Assembly (NCBI RefSeq): GCF_009914755.1 | Contig: NC_060942.1 | Length of the DNA: 64,000 nt | From: the human T2T-CHM13v2.0 reference genome, Homo sapiens | Reading direction: 5' to 3' (one strand) | Program-made: the position numbers and the translations under genes | Shown: positions 14,982 through 30,020 of the stretch, in pieces | Position numbering within the stretch: position 1 is the first letter of the stretch | Layout of the letters: each line of letters starts with the position of its first letter | The notes under the pieces: model-generated | What the model was told of the DNA's origin: nothing | Seen by the model: only the letters and a program-made list of their open reading frames with translations | Databases searched by the model: none

Positions 14982-17899
14982 CTAACAAAAGGAACAGGTT
15001 TTCCTGACAAAAGGAACAGCAAGTGTGAAGGCCCAGAGGTAAGGGAAATGTGACATTATCTATAAGCTGAAAGATACCTTTTATGGCTGGTGAGTAGAGT
15101 TCAGCGAGACTGGAGATCAGAGGCTAGAGACAGTGAGAAAGGATGTCAGTTCCCAAGATGAGTTAAGGAAGCAAGGTAAATCCTTCTCCAAGAAACTGGG
15201 AAAATTAGAAAAACAGAAGCAAGCACTCAAGGATGCTCAAGAGTGCTCTGTAACAGGAAGCCCCATGGGAGATGACAGAGTTCACTGGTGTTGGAACCAC
15301 GCCTAGTTTAGAACCCAGGCTCTACCTTCTAGGGTGTGATCTTGAGGAAGTCATTTCAACTCTCTGCAAAATGGAAGGAAGCGGAGGAGAATGGGCACCT
15401 GCAGGGCACCTACTGTGCACCACGCACTGTGCTGAGTTGATTAATCTACTGAGAATAGTTCCGCCTACCTCACAGTGTAACTAATGAAACTTCAACTTAA
15501 ACGTTGTTGAATGTGTATGACTATGCCCAGCACCTAGGAGGCCCTCAATAAAGGCTAGCGCAGTTGGACTGTGTGCCTGGGGAACAAGGCAGGGATTGGT
15601 GCCAGAGACAAAGAAAGATCCCGTTAGCAATGGGAGCGTGAGGTCAGAGTCAAGGCCACCGATGCACATGGGCTCCGACTGAGTGCCAGCTCCAGATGCT
15701 TGGCAGAGGCTCTCAGGAGTGCTGTTTTAGAAGGACTTTGATTCTCCTGGCTCATCAGGAGAGAGTCATGACTGATTATCAATGTCTGCCATAGGCACAA
15801 AATGGAGTGAAGTAGTATATACGGCACACATCTGCCATTGCTGGTCGAAAGCAAGATAATACGGACTCCTGTGGCTACAAGCCAAGGATCTTTGAGCATC
15901 CCTGCCATGGGCTAACCCTGCAGGTAGAAAGTAAGTGGTCCCATTTATGGGTCCCAAAATTCGGCAGGAAAACTCAGGTCTGAACACTGAGCTGCCAGAG
16001 GACTTTCTGCATTCCCATGATGGCTTATTAAATGTGGGCTCACAGAGTTATCTCCCAATTCAGGGAAGGCACAGTGGCCTGCAGGCACCATTCAATAAGT
16101 ACTGAAGCCAGTGTGGGAGAATTAAAGATGCAGGCTCTGCCTCTCCTCTGAGAAGCTCAGATCCGGCTGGGATCACTTCCCTTCAGAACACAGCCCAAAC
16201 AAAGCAAGCCCCACATAGGGCCTCACCTTATTTAGCCACTGAAGTCATAATTGCACTGATTTAGATTTTGAAAGAGGCCACCATCTTCTGCTATCTCAGA
16301 TCTCCTTCCTTTAAAAAGAGAAGTTTCGCCTTGAATCTACAAGGGTCAAAGGTTGCAGGAGTCGTTTAAAATCAGAAGGATTTACACACCTGCTACACAT
16401 GCCCCCTGGCACACTTGTGGACCAGAAGCTGGACTCAGCCTTCAGCCTGGGCAGGGGCCTTTGTGCAGCTGGTGCTATGCCCGTGGCCACCGGCTCCCAG
16501 ACTTCCCACGCAGGGACCCAGATGCTCCCCTTCCCCAGCTTTGCTGATGTGGTGCTGGAGTTCCGACGAGGCAGCCGGAATTTCTCTCCGTGCTATTTTA
16601 GTATCGCTGAGAGGCATGGGAAGGCTTTGTTCTCCCTGGCTGGTTACGTAATTTTCAAAAGGAAAACAGAGCAAAGCCTGAACGCTCCTGGAGTTTGCTC
16701 TTTGGGGAGGAGGGAACTCCCCACCCAGCATCTGATGTTCCTTCTGCAAACTTCTCTTCCCTCCCTCAATTCTTTCCTCTAACCACCCCACCTCAGGGAG
16801 GTGAAGATAACAGGGTCCCCTCCTGTTTCTTTCTCAGCAGTGTCCCCACAGGCGTGTTCTTTAGAAAACCGTATTGAGGGAAACACAACCCAGGGTGGGT
16901 GGCATCACTGCCTCCCAGGGACCTTAAGATGTTTGCAGTCACCACAGGCTCACACGTCCCAGGGGGAGAAGGCTCACCTGAGGCCCATCATGGGCAGCAG
17001 AGCCTGTCAGTGGTTCCTCTGCTTGAGATGTATTTATTTTAGACTAAGCTGGGCTTTTGGCTCGGGTCGGTTGGTGTCCTGCTGGCTGGTGTTTGTGAAG
17101 GGTCATCCCAGGTCCTGGGCTGGGAGTGGTGCTGGGCATGAGAGAGGAACAGGCATAGGGACTGTAGCCCAAGGTTGGCATCATGGGCGGCACCATTAGG
17201 AGCAGCCATCTGCCCATATATCAGGGTTTCTGCAAAGGAAAATGAGTTCCTGAGCATGCACAGGTCACTCCACACGAACCACTGCAGCCTGCACTCCTCT
17301 GGGGTGGAGGGAGCAGCACTTAATTTCAAAAGCCGGAAAGCCAGGGAGAGTTGTTTCTCCTAATTCCTGGGGGTCCCCCTGCCGCCGCTGAGAGTGAGAC
17401 CCGGCTGAGTCTCAATGGTAAAGATCAGCAGTTACACAGCAGTTCTTAACTCGGTGAGGAAACACCTCTGGTCATTATGCTTTTGGGGGCCTGTGTGGCC
17501 TCCTCCCTTGAACCCCTGCTTTTAGCCCCTACTCACTCTGGAGGGATTTAAAAAACTTTCTTTTCTGGGCCTCAGGGATGCTTTTTAAATTTATCTTTCC
17601 ATGTGGGTTGTACTGTGTCATAACCAAAATCTTACTGCAAACATGGAGCCATTCCTGTGTCCACTGATATTTATTTATTGAATCCCTCTCTATATGCCAA
17701 ACACTGCCCTGGACCCTGGGTTACATCAGTGAAAACAGACAGGTAAGGTTCCCCTCCTCCCCAGAATTCTGTCTGACTCTGGAATCTAATGAGATCCATG
17801 CCAGGTGAGACCCAGGACCCCAGACTCAAGGAGGGCTTTTCAAGGCCTCTTCTCTATTTTAGAAAGTCAAGAACTGCAGATCTCCAAGTCCTTCCTCTC

Positions 17900-18397
17900 C
17901 ATTAGTTAGCTATCGCTGTATAACAAATGTCCCAACATTTATTGGCTTAAAAACAACATTTATTACCACGCAGCTCCTGAGAGTCAAGAATCTGGGCATG
18001 GTTTAGTTGGTGCCTCTGACTCGAGGTGTCCTGGGATGTCCATCAAGCTGTTGGCGGGGCTGTAGTCCACTCAGGGCTCAACTCAGGGAAGGGTTGCTTC
18101 CAAGCTCACTCACACGGTGGCCAGCAGGTCCATTTCTGAGAACTCACAGGGATCCCCCCATAGGGCTGCCTCAAGAAGGAGCAGCAGCTTCCCCAAAAGC
18201 GAACAGGAGAGAGTGATTACCTCAGATGGAAGCTACAGGCTCTTTATAACATGATCTCAGAAGTGGCATCCCATTCTTTTTGCCAAATTCTATTCTTTAG
18301 AAATGAGTCAGTGAGTCCAGCACCCACTTAAGGGGAGGGGATGACACAAGGCCTGAAAACCAGGATCACTGGGGCATCTGGGAAGCTGCCTTCCACA
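17900..18397 (-). mobile_element. MLT1-family (MaLR) solo LTR
   Basis: attagttagctatcgctgtataacaaat..ggcttaaaaacaacatttatta...ggatcactggggcatct..gctgccttccaca. Confidence 0.75.
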
Positions 18398-18611
18398 TCC
18401 TCCAAGAGCCTCTCTGACTGATGGGACTCACCCTGCTTCCTGCTACGCTTATAGTAGGAATCACACAGTTGGCCCCTGAATGTTCCTGCATTGTTTCCAT
18501 AATTATTGTTGTAGTTCCACTCCCCCAATATGAATATAAGCTTCTTGAGGTCAGAAGCCATGTGTCCTACCTCTTCTCACTTTCCATTTAGACCAACCGT
18601 GTGCTGAGCAA

Positions 18612-19050
18612 GTTACTGTCAGATCATCTCAGCCTCAAGTAAAAAAAAATGTAAAAGTCCAAAGCAAAAATGTCTTAAACAGCAGTAGGGCTTAACAGTC
18701 TCTCTTGGCAAGAAAGCTGGAGGTGGGTAGTTGCAGGCGTGGCTCAGCTCCTCAGCGATGCCAGCAAGGTCCCACACTCCTCTGCCACCTCCCCACGTGG
18801 CCTCAAGACAGCTGCTGCAGCACCAACACCACTTCCTCTACAACCGCATCCACAAACAGGAAGTAGGATTTCTTCTTGCTTGGGAAGGAAACCTTTTCCC
18901 TTAGGACTCCCCAGCAGGCTTTCCCTTAGGCTTGTTGACCAGAACAGGATCATATGACCACCCCTAAAGCAATCACTGCCAAGAGGGAATTGTATTACCA
19001 CAGTTGGTTTAGATTCATGGTCCTCAACAGGGATGGGTTTGGGAGATGAC
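18612..19050 (-). mobile_element. Old MLT1 (J/K-like) LTR
   Basis: cttaaacag...ttgaccagaacaggatcatatgaccacccctaa..aatcactgccaagagggaat. Confidence 0.55.
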
Positions 19051-19360
19051 ATCACCTCCTGGGACTCCGGGAAATGTGAGTCTGACCCAGGGACCAGGGA
19101 GCGCTATTGGCATTTAGTGGGTTGGGATCAGAGTTGTTAAACTTCCAGCAATAGTATATGGTACAATCCCATAAAACAGAGAGAACTGCAGAAGCTGAGG
19201 CCGGAGTCATTGTGTAATCACCTGAGTGAGCTTGGAAGCAGATCTTCCTCCCTATTTGAGCCTTGAGATGACTGCAGCCCTGGCCAACAGCTTGACCTTG
19301 AGTCCGAGGCACCCAGCTCAAATGCCAACACCAACCCTGTTGAAAACTGCTGATTGAGAC

Positions 19361-19577
19361 CAGTGATTTTCAACCAGAGGTGATTTTGTGCCTCCCCGAC
19401 AGGTGACAGTTGTCAGTGTTTGGAGACACTTTCAGATGTCACAGCTTGGGGGTGTGACTGGCATCTAGGAGGCCGAGGCAAGGGATGCTGCTGAACATTC
19501 AGCCGTGCACAGGATAGTCCCACTGCTAAGGATCACTTGGCTCAAGATGTTGACAGTGCTGAGGCTGAGAAACCCTG
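19361..19577 (+). mobile_element. MER20 hAT-Charlie MITE, near full length
   Basis: cagtgattttcaacc...tggcatctag..gggatgctgctgaacat...gaggctgagaaaccctg termini. Confidence 0.85.
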
Positions 19578-20099
19578 GTTTAGACCCACTGGGAGTCATT
19601 CCTGGGTAGGCTCAGCTGCCTGATGGCCGAACCAGACCTGGTTTGTTCGTGAGGAGGAAGCAGGAACGTTTCCTGGGTAGGTGGCCACAGTCAGTGTCAG
19701 CTACAGGCCGTGCTAGTCAGGATGCCTGCAAGTCAGCCAGCTCGTCCCAAGGATGCCCAGTCCCTGTGCCACAGGCTCTAGCATGGCTGAGGTTCACAGT
19801 TAAAGGTCAAGAACATGATGGAAGGTGGGGGTGTGGTTGTTTAAAATCAAGGGTTTTTTACTCCACTTTTAATATTATTTCAACATTCTATTTCTTGGTT
19901 TCTCTTTCCATAGAATGGGCTTACTGTGGCCTCCATACTGGGTTGAACAAAGGCTGAAAAGGTGGCTGCCTCTTGCTTTAATTTGAGACATACCACAAGG
20001 TGTGCCTACCCCACATTTTTCCCTCACTGGGCCTGAAAACTCACACTGAGCCTAGATGGTTTGTGGTAAGAGTCACTCGCTGGGGCTGAGATCATACTA

Positions 20100-20290
20100 T
20101 GGCGATTAGAGCGTGAGTGTTGGACTTGGACCAACCTGAGTTGACATCCCAGATTCTTCACCTGCCAGAGGGTGACTCTGGGAAAATCACTTCCCTCTTG
20201 GAGCTCCATGGAGGACGATATCAACCTCACAGGGGTGTTGTAAGACCCAACTGAAATAATCAGGTGAAGCCGTTGGCCTCTGGTAAACCC
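20100..20290 (+). mobile_element. MIR SINE fragment
   Basis: gtgactctgggaaaatcacttccctct...aacctcacaggggtgttgtaaga. Confidence 0.55.
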
Positions 20291-20684
20291 TCAGGACATG
20301 CAGTTCCACCATCTTCATCATGTCCTCTTTACCATCTCTCCAGCAGGCTTCTGTTAAGATGCAAGTGGGGTTGCGGAGCAAGGCACATCAGCCATACCAC
20401 AGAATTGCAGAACTAGAAGGGACTTTAGGCCAGATTAGGTAGCTTTTGGAGAGCTGGGCCCTGAGGGCATCAAATTTGCATATGAGCTGAACCAAGCCTC
20501 ACCTCCTAGGTAGCTCCCTAGGAGGCCAGGCCTGGGATAGTGTCGCCTTGAGGGGCAACAGGAAGACTGAGTCCAAGAGGAAGGAGACAGTGCAGTGCAG
20601 GAGGAGCCAGAAAAGGGCCGGGTCCCAACACACTTCAGGACCTGCTTGTGAATGAGCTAGAGGATGTTCCCACGGAGTCTAGAG

Positions 20685-20920
20685 CAGAGGTCCACGAACT
20701 ACAGCCCACAAGCCTAATCTGGCCCAGCACCTATTTTTGTAAATAAAGTTTTACTGAAATGCAGCCATGCTCATTTGTTCAGGTATATTGTCTGTGGCTG
20801 CTTTTGTGCTATAAAGGCAGAATTAAGTTGTGTTGAGTGGTTTCAACAGAGGCTGTATGTCCTACAAACATGGAAATATTTGTTATCTGGCTCGTTATAG
20901 AAAAAGTTTGCCAATGCCTG
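20685..20920 (+). mobile_element. MER58A hAT MITE with perfect 8-bp TSD
   Basis: cagaggtc..aactacagcccac...gtaaataaagttttactgaaa...aaaagtttgccaatgcctg; TSD GTCTAGAG at 20677-20684 and 20921-20928. Confidence 0.88.
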
Positions 20921-23900
20921 GTCTAGAGGACTCCATTCACATAGACCACAGTGACTCATTAGGATCATGAGCCTTGGAGTCAGACTGACTGCGATGTGAA
21001 TGGTGCCACCTAGAACTGTGCAGTGCATAGCATGCTCAGCTGGAAATAGCGGCTCCTCGGGAGAAGGGCTTCCTGTAAGTTTCAGAGTGTTCAGGAGAGG
21101 GGAAGAAAGCAGTGTCTGTGAAATGTCAGCACCTTGCTGGGGAGATAGTTCCTGTGGAAAGTCGAAAGCATGAGGTTCGGGAGGATCTGAGCAGATGGGG
21201 AGGTAAGTCTAAATTTAGACTTTCCAAAGCTGATTTGTAAACCAAAGCCCCAGGAATCCCAGAAAGGGACAGTTGGCACACGCCATCTCATCTCTGGTTT
21301 GCCTCCGCATGTTAAAAGGCTGGATGAGTGAGAGAATAATTAATTGGCCTCAACTAAGCTGTTACCTGAGAGTCAGTGAGAAAGCAGTTGAGAGCTGAAA
21401 CTCCATTGTTCAGAGTCCTGAGGGTAGAACTTTCTATTCCTGTGTTTTATTACGATGCCCAGCCATGGAATCGTGGGGACCTTGGCTGCTCTTGTGAGAG
21501 TTCCATGCATTCCTCTTGCTGGGTGTCATTCAAGCACGATTGAACGAGTGACCTTTCCATCTCAGACAGTGAATGCCACCTCCCTGGGTTTGAAATCACA
21601 CCTGTGATTCGGAGCAGCTCTGAACCACCACCTTTGAGCTGAGAATGGTTGGGCTTTGCCCTGAGAAGCTGCACCACACCAAGAGCTGCCATAACCACTC
21701 CCCTGCCCAGGTGGACACATCCAGATGCCAGTCTGCTCCTCCCCAGGGCCAGTGGGCCCACACCTCTCAGCATATCATGCAAGAAATGGACCACTAACCT
21801 TAGACTTCTTAGGCGGTGGATGCCTTGTAATCAGCCCACCTAGGGAGAAAGGCAAAGGGCTTACAATGCAAATTACAGAGGAATTGGAAAGAATTGCTCT
21901 GTAAAGAAACAGGAAAGAAAGAAACAGAAAATGAAGAGGCTTGAGAAGAGAGGCATAATAATAAACTCAAATGGGAACAGAGAAATGGTCAGACAAGAGG
22001 CTGCCTGATTAGAGCACTGAAACTCTAAGAGAGGCAGCATCTAAGCAGAATATGTTACTAAGAGGATTGAAGTTCAGAAATATTAGTTGGTCTGAATGGT
22101 TAGGGCTTGTTGTGAGATGCGCCCTTTGAACAATTTCCATGGCAAGTATCACAAGGGACAGTGACCACCTAGGAAACGTGGGCATCACCACTGTGTAGAC
22201 ATAATGAACGGTACTCAGCTCCTTCCAGTCAACGGATATTTTCTATGCTCTACTTTGTGCCCTGTAAGCTACTTGTGAAGCTTACAGTCTAGTTGGGAGA
22301 TGGACATGTACAAAAAGTTAAATAACAGCCCAGGCTAATGTATGGTAAATGCCAAACACAGCGTACACATGAGTGCCACAGGAGTTTAGAAAAGGGAGAC
22401 ATGTCATTGAGAACCAGGATGGATGCTTTAGGAAAGAAGTGAGACTTTGGATTCTGAATGATAGGATTTCAACAAATGGGGGTGGTGGGGAAGCAGGAGA
22501 ATATTTCAGGAACTGGGAAGATACAAGCAAAAAAGCCAGGCAGCAAAGAGTCTATTTAGCAGCCCACAAGAAAGGTGGAGTGGCTGGAATTGAGGCTTGC
22601 CACGTTGACATCGTACCTGGCCCCTAAGCTGACAGCATATTGGGAAGACCACTGAAAAAGAGACACACACACGGGATACAGTCCCTCCCATGCATGAGAG
22701 GGAAAGAGTTTTAAAAATAAATAAAGCACCTCTTAATTATTCGCTGATTATCTGCATTGCAGCTGATCTCAAGCAAATCCTGCATTCAGCTTGCTTGTGA
22801 TGTCATCCCCTCTGCTTAGGTGCTCATTCCTCTCTCTGTTTACAACCCAGCAGAAGCTGGAAAGGAAGAAGGCTTAAGCATGTCTCTTCCTAAAAAAAAT
22901 AATGATATGCAATTGCCTCTTTTTGCTATGCCCTTGGGAGTCAGACCAGGCTTGTGGGGAGAAAGAGAAGCTTCAGTGTAGTTGCCATTACATGACTTGG
23001 GCAGCAGGAGTCAAGGAGGGAGAGAATGGAGAGCTGTGGAGGCTCTTTGATTCCCCTGAGTTAGGTATCCAGGCCAACTTCGCTAGCACAGGCCATAGAA
23101 TCTGGTTCACTGGGTGCTCCCAGCACTGTCTCTTAGTGGCTGGGCATCCTCAAACAGAGTGAATGGTATTCATTTATCCATTCATCAGATGGATATTGAC
23201 CCTATGTATGCTGAAAGCACTAAGCTGGTGCTCTCCAAGCCTTGGTATCCTCACCTGTAAAGTTAGAACTGGAATCAGAATCGATGTTTCTCAGTGGAAG
23301 TGCTGTTGGCATTCAGGGGTGGAGGGGTGGATGTCAGTGGATGTGCTCTGGGCATTTGGGCATGGAGGTGGGAATGCTCGGTAGAATGGTTAGCAAATCC
23401 GGCCCTACCCATTAAATACCAGTAATGACTCCCAGTCAAATAAGGTGAGGAGGGCAGTACCATCTCCAGATAAGGACCACGGGCCTTGTTTTCTTAGATT
23501 TCTTCCCAATCTGAAATTCTGTAAGTCTATGGTTGTTTTGTTCCTGGACCCAGTAAAAACATGCAGAACAGAATTACCGAAGATCTGACAAATTATCAGA
23601 ATCTTGAGTACATCTTATTCAAATGTAAGGGAATGTTTAACTAAACAGCAACAATAGGTAACATCTGTTAAGCAATTACTATGTTCTAGACCCTTGGCAA
23701 ATTTCCTTCATTAGAAGTCTTTACAGGCGATCTGATTGTTTACTATTTCAGATCATCTGTGTCCCCTAATTTGCCCCCTTAATTTCAGAGCATTGAGTTG
23801 ACTATCGTTTTTGCTTCATTTATCTTTGCAGAGTTGTGCGAAGTTCAGATAGCAAAGTGTCTCTATAGGAGGCCCTGCGATATGAGAATAAAGCAGCAGT

Positions 23901-24083
23901 CTGCCAAGTTCATGCCTTTGTGTTGGATACAGTCTTCTTTCTTTGTGTGTCTGTGGTCTTTATGAACTTAGAAAACCTGCCAGTCTCTTAGACGCTATGA
24001 TATTACCTTACTTCAGAGATCTGAATTTACATGTCTAGTTTTGCAGGGTTTTTCCTCCCCACTTAGTTCCTATACCTGTAATT

Positions 24084-24108
24084 TGAGTCAACAGCCACCA
24101 GAGGGCAG
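24084..24108 (+). promoter_or_regulatory. AP-1 site (TGAGTCA) adjacent to a CTCF-like motif (CCACCAGAGGGCAG)
   Basis: TGAGTCA at 24084-24090 and CCACCAGAGGGCAG at 24095-24108, close to the CTCF core consensus CCASYAGRKGGCRS. Motif match only. Confidence 0.5.
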
Positions 24109-24830
24109 GGACAGTGAAGTTTAGATTTGACCCATTGCTTTGAAGAGCGAGGTCACATTGTCAGAAAGAATACAGCTCACCATGCCAGTTTTGATATAGC
24201 ACTGGGAACTCTGCACCCTGGTTTCTGGGCAAAGAGAGTCCTTTTATTATAGGTGGCAACATTATTTCCTTGTAATTTGGTACATGGGCTTCTTCAACTT
24301 ACGTGGAAAGCAAGAGATACAAATGTCATTACATCTTAGTCCCTGTGAAAGCCTCTTAAAATGTTCAAAGACATTTGTAAAAGAAGGAAGAAAAGGAACC
24401 CAAGTGCAAAAACACGAGTATCGATCCTTTGTTTTCTGTCTGCAACTCATTGCTTTCTACTCTCACCCTTCCTAGCTAGCGCTGATGTGTGTGTTTGGAG
24501 AGCATAAAACAAATTAATTTTCCGAAGGTCAGAAGGGATAATTCTCCACCGTAATTTGCACATGTTAAACTTGGGGGAGCAGGCACTGACATAAGAGGCA
24601 CAGCATCTGATGGTCTTATCAAATCAATCCATCTTCTGTCTCTTCCAGGGGAGTGCTACGCACAGCAGGAGGGTGGCTGGGCAGTGCAAAGCCCCGGAAT
24701 CCCCTGAGCAAGCAGTGTTTCAGCTGGCTGGACAGATCAAATAACACTTGGGCTGGTTAACAAAAGACGCAAGTGGGAAGGTGTTGGAAGCCGGAGTGTG
24801 GAAATTTACCCAACGTTATTTCTTTGACAG

Positions 24831-26396
<1,566 letters not shown>

Positions 26397-29300
26397 TGAA
26401 AAGTTGTTGGAGGCGTGGAGGGAGATCTGGTTCTTGGTCTTGGCTCTGCTATGTGGCTTTGATCACCCTGAGCTGTGCCTGCAGAAGCTGGACTAGACGA
26501 TCTCCAAAATTTCTTCCAGCTCTAAATTCTATGGCTTGAAAACTATGTGGTTGGTGAATTTGCCTCTAGCATCTTCTTATCCCTGCTGTCCACTTAGCCA
26601 TCCCATGTCCTTCCTGTGTGCTCAGGACACACCCTGAGGCTTCCCACCCTGTGAGCCTCATGCTCTGGTTGGTCTCACCTCCCTCATCCCATCCAAGCTG
26701 ACCCATTCGGTGTCCATTTCTCTCAGTCAGTGGACAGCAGGCACAAATTGTTGATCTGATGAGCTAATCCTTCACTGTACCTTATCCAGCTAATGACTCT
26801 GTTCTCCTGGGTCCCGTGATGCTCTTGCTTCTCAGTGTGATGTGAAAGCCATGGGTGGCAGACGGTACTATTGCGATTCCCCGTGGTGGGTGCTAAATGC
26901 TCCACCAACTGCAGGGATCAGAGCTGACCCGGCCACTCTGCTGGAGACAAATGTCACACTGAGTTGTTCTCAAGGGCCCAGACCTCCTCTTACCTGATCC
27001 ATTCCTCTCTTCAGAAGCTGGGAGTCCTCTGACATTCCCTTCCTTCCCCTGCCCCGGGTTCCTGCCACTTTAGGGGTGCCTCTGAGCCCCTCAGCATGAG
27101 CATGTTGCCATGTACCCTGCAACAGAGCTGGGGGCTGGGTGTGGCTTCCAGCCTGCTGCCCAAACCTTGATGCTACAAAAAATGTTATTAGAATAAAACA
27201 TCTCCTTGGGATTAGGTGTACAGTAGTCTGTTATCATCCAAGGGGCTGGGGTGGGTCATGAAAGGGGAGGGTGGTTTTGACCTTGAACATGCTTTGGCTG
27301 TCTCCCTGAGCCCCATTCCTCTGCCCTCCTTTAGCACCCCCACATAGAAGGGCACTGATCTGCCCTCTACAGCTGCAGTGCAGGGCATCACAGGGGGCAG
27401 GGAGCAGGGCTCCCTGTCCTACCCTCCCTGGCTGGAACTTGGGCTCCAGCCCAGGTTTCAGACCCCAAATCAGCCCAGCTGGCTCTGGCTCCTTGGTGCC
27501 ACAAATTACTTAGTGACCTTAACCATGAGCCTGCCCTCTGCCCCACTCCTGCAGCCAAGCCATCTGTCAAAACTGACAGCCAACTCTGTAGGAAGGAATG
27601 TCCATGGGCTGGGGCCTGGGGAGGCAGGGAGAAACAGTGCCCTTGTATCTCTTTCTAATTCCTTGAACTGCTTCTTTTTTCTCTTTCTTCTAAGGAGCAA
27701 TGACTCCAAACCACCAAACCAAGGGTTTTAATCCAAATCTGTTCTTACTTGGTAAAAAACCTAGAAAATCCACAAGACTCTTATATGTGGGATGCACAAA
27801 AACTACCTTCTGAATTGGAATAAACCGGTACATTTGAGTATCATATGATGAAAGAACCTGATTAAGTGAGCTGCAACAAGGAAAGAGCTTAAGACAGCAC
27901 ATAGTAGGGCTTTAGGAAGGTCCAGGAAGATGGTTTATTGTGGCGTAAACTGGCTATCGCAATAATTCTTTGGGGGTGACATGGTGTGAGCAAAGGACCC
28001 TTTAGGAGGAGTCAGAGGTCTGGGTTCCTTCTAACAGTGCTAGCTTGGATGTAGATAGTCACTTACCCCCTGGGAGCCTCAGTTTCCCCTCTTTGACAGG
28101 GATAATAATTGTGCTCTGTCTGCTCCTCTGGCTTATGGTTAAGAATCAAAATGATCCATGAATGTAAAATTCCTTGGAAAGCAGTCAGGACTGCATCCAT
28201 TCATTTAATGGATATTTGCTGAGCCAACATCAAACCCAAGCTCAGTGCTGGGAGCTGGAGAGACCAAGGCTCACACGATCCCCCAGCAACCCTGAGGGCT
28301 GGGCTTAGTGTTATCCTGTCACTTGGGACTGGAAGCCACTTCCCTGGTTGAGACTTTCATTTTCCCAATGTAGAGGAATTTTGATGTTCTGACTTGCTCT
28401 TATCGGGTTCTCTTTAATAAAATTCGCTGTGGGAGGTTAAAGAAATCACTGGAGGCAGTTATGAGCCCAGTAGGTGCTCACATCATCCCTGCAACCCCGT
28501 GTTTGGCAGATGCCACCCACCCCTACCCCACCTCCTCCCTCATACACTTTCTGCTTTTAGCTTTCTGCCCTCTCTTCCCACAGTGATGATGAAAGGCTTT
28601 ATATTTGGTGCTTTTATTTATCCAATGTGCATTTAAATCAGTTCTCGTTTAATCCCCATAATGCTGTGAAGCACTTAGGGCAAATGGTTCATTTTAAAAC
28701 AGAGAGAAACGGCTTTCTCAAGCTTACACAGCTGATATGGCCAAAGGACACAGGATCTGAGGCCTCTTCCTCTCCTGATGGAGGGTCTCTCTGAGCGCTG
28801 TCTCCTTCATGAAGTCTTTCCGGATTCTGGGTTGGAATTAATCATTCCTTTCTCTGAATTCCCATGGCACTTTCCCCATCCCATCATGGGTATCTTCTAA
28901 GACTCATCACTCTCTGCTCTGTCCTAGGAGTATTTGAGTCTGTCTCTTTGTACTCTCCCAAGCTGAGAGTCCCTTGGCCCCTTGAAAGCTGTCTCTCCTT
29001 CTTTATGGTTCCCCTCCATGGATTCTGATCACTGTACCTAAGACACGGCCCTCAATCAATTTTGTTGACTGTATTGAACAGATGGAAGAATAGTCATCTA
29101 CTAGCACATTGCAGAAAGGGAGCTGTTGGGTTCATTGATTTTGTGTGGTTGGAAGGGTTGACTCTCAGAAAAAGAGCACATACTTCTTCCAGACAGTAGG
29201 TTGGTTGTGGTCAGATGTGTACATCTGGGGCATGCATCTGCTCTCTCCAGTGTGCTTGGAGGATGCTGTCTACACACAAACTTCTCGAAACTTAACCCCT

Positions 29301-29450
29301 TCTAAAGTTTTATGGATCTCCACTCCCTTTGAAGAAGACCATGCTCACCTGGGCTGCAGCGAGTGCCTTTGTGTGGGACAAAAAAATGCCCCTTCTCCCT
29401 GGCTGAGACAGCCCAGGGCCAGCGATAGGCTTAGTGATCCAACTGGAGCC

Positions 29451-30020
29451 TTGTTTGGAAAAACTCTCAGAACATTTTTCCTCTGCTCTCACACCACAAC
29501 AACATACCCAGAAGACTTCTGTGACCTCAAAACCTTGGGGATTTCTCCCCACCGGCAAGCTAGCAATCAGTTCTTCAGTGGACACCAGCTGGGTGTCCCC
29601 CAATTCAATTCCAACACTATTTACCTGGAGATAGCATCAGATCCCACATGTTGAGGGACACAAGACTGCCCCCTCCTTCCCACGAGTCATATTAATAAGT
29701 CCGTGCCTCCGGAACTTCTGATGGACTGGCTTCAAGTTGGGGTTCCCATGGTCCCCTCTTTGAGTTTAATTAATTTGCTAGAGGAGCTCACAGAACTCAG
29801 GGAAACACCTATTTACATTTACTGTAAGGGTTAGGGTTAGGTTCATGTAACACTTCCTTACATTTATTATGAAGGACATTTTCAAGGATACAAATAAACA
29901 GCCAGGTGAAAAGATATACAGGGCATAGTCCAGAAAGGTCCTGAGCACAGAAGCATCTGTCCCCAGGGAGTGGGGGCGCACCACCCTCCTGGCACATGGA
30001 TGAATTCTTATTCGCCCACC
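29451..30020. mobile_element. MER21-family LTR fragment
   Basis: gtggacaccagctgggtgtcc..caattcaatt..acctggagatagcatcagatcccaca..gctcacagaactcagggaaac. Confidence 0.75.

Noticed and set aside
20502-20525. 9-bp hairpin cctcctagg-N6-cctaggagg
   Set aside because: Expected by chance in 64 kb; no supporting context.
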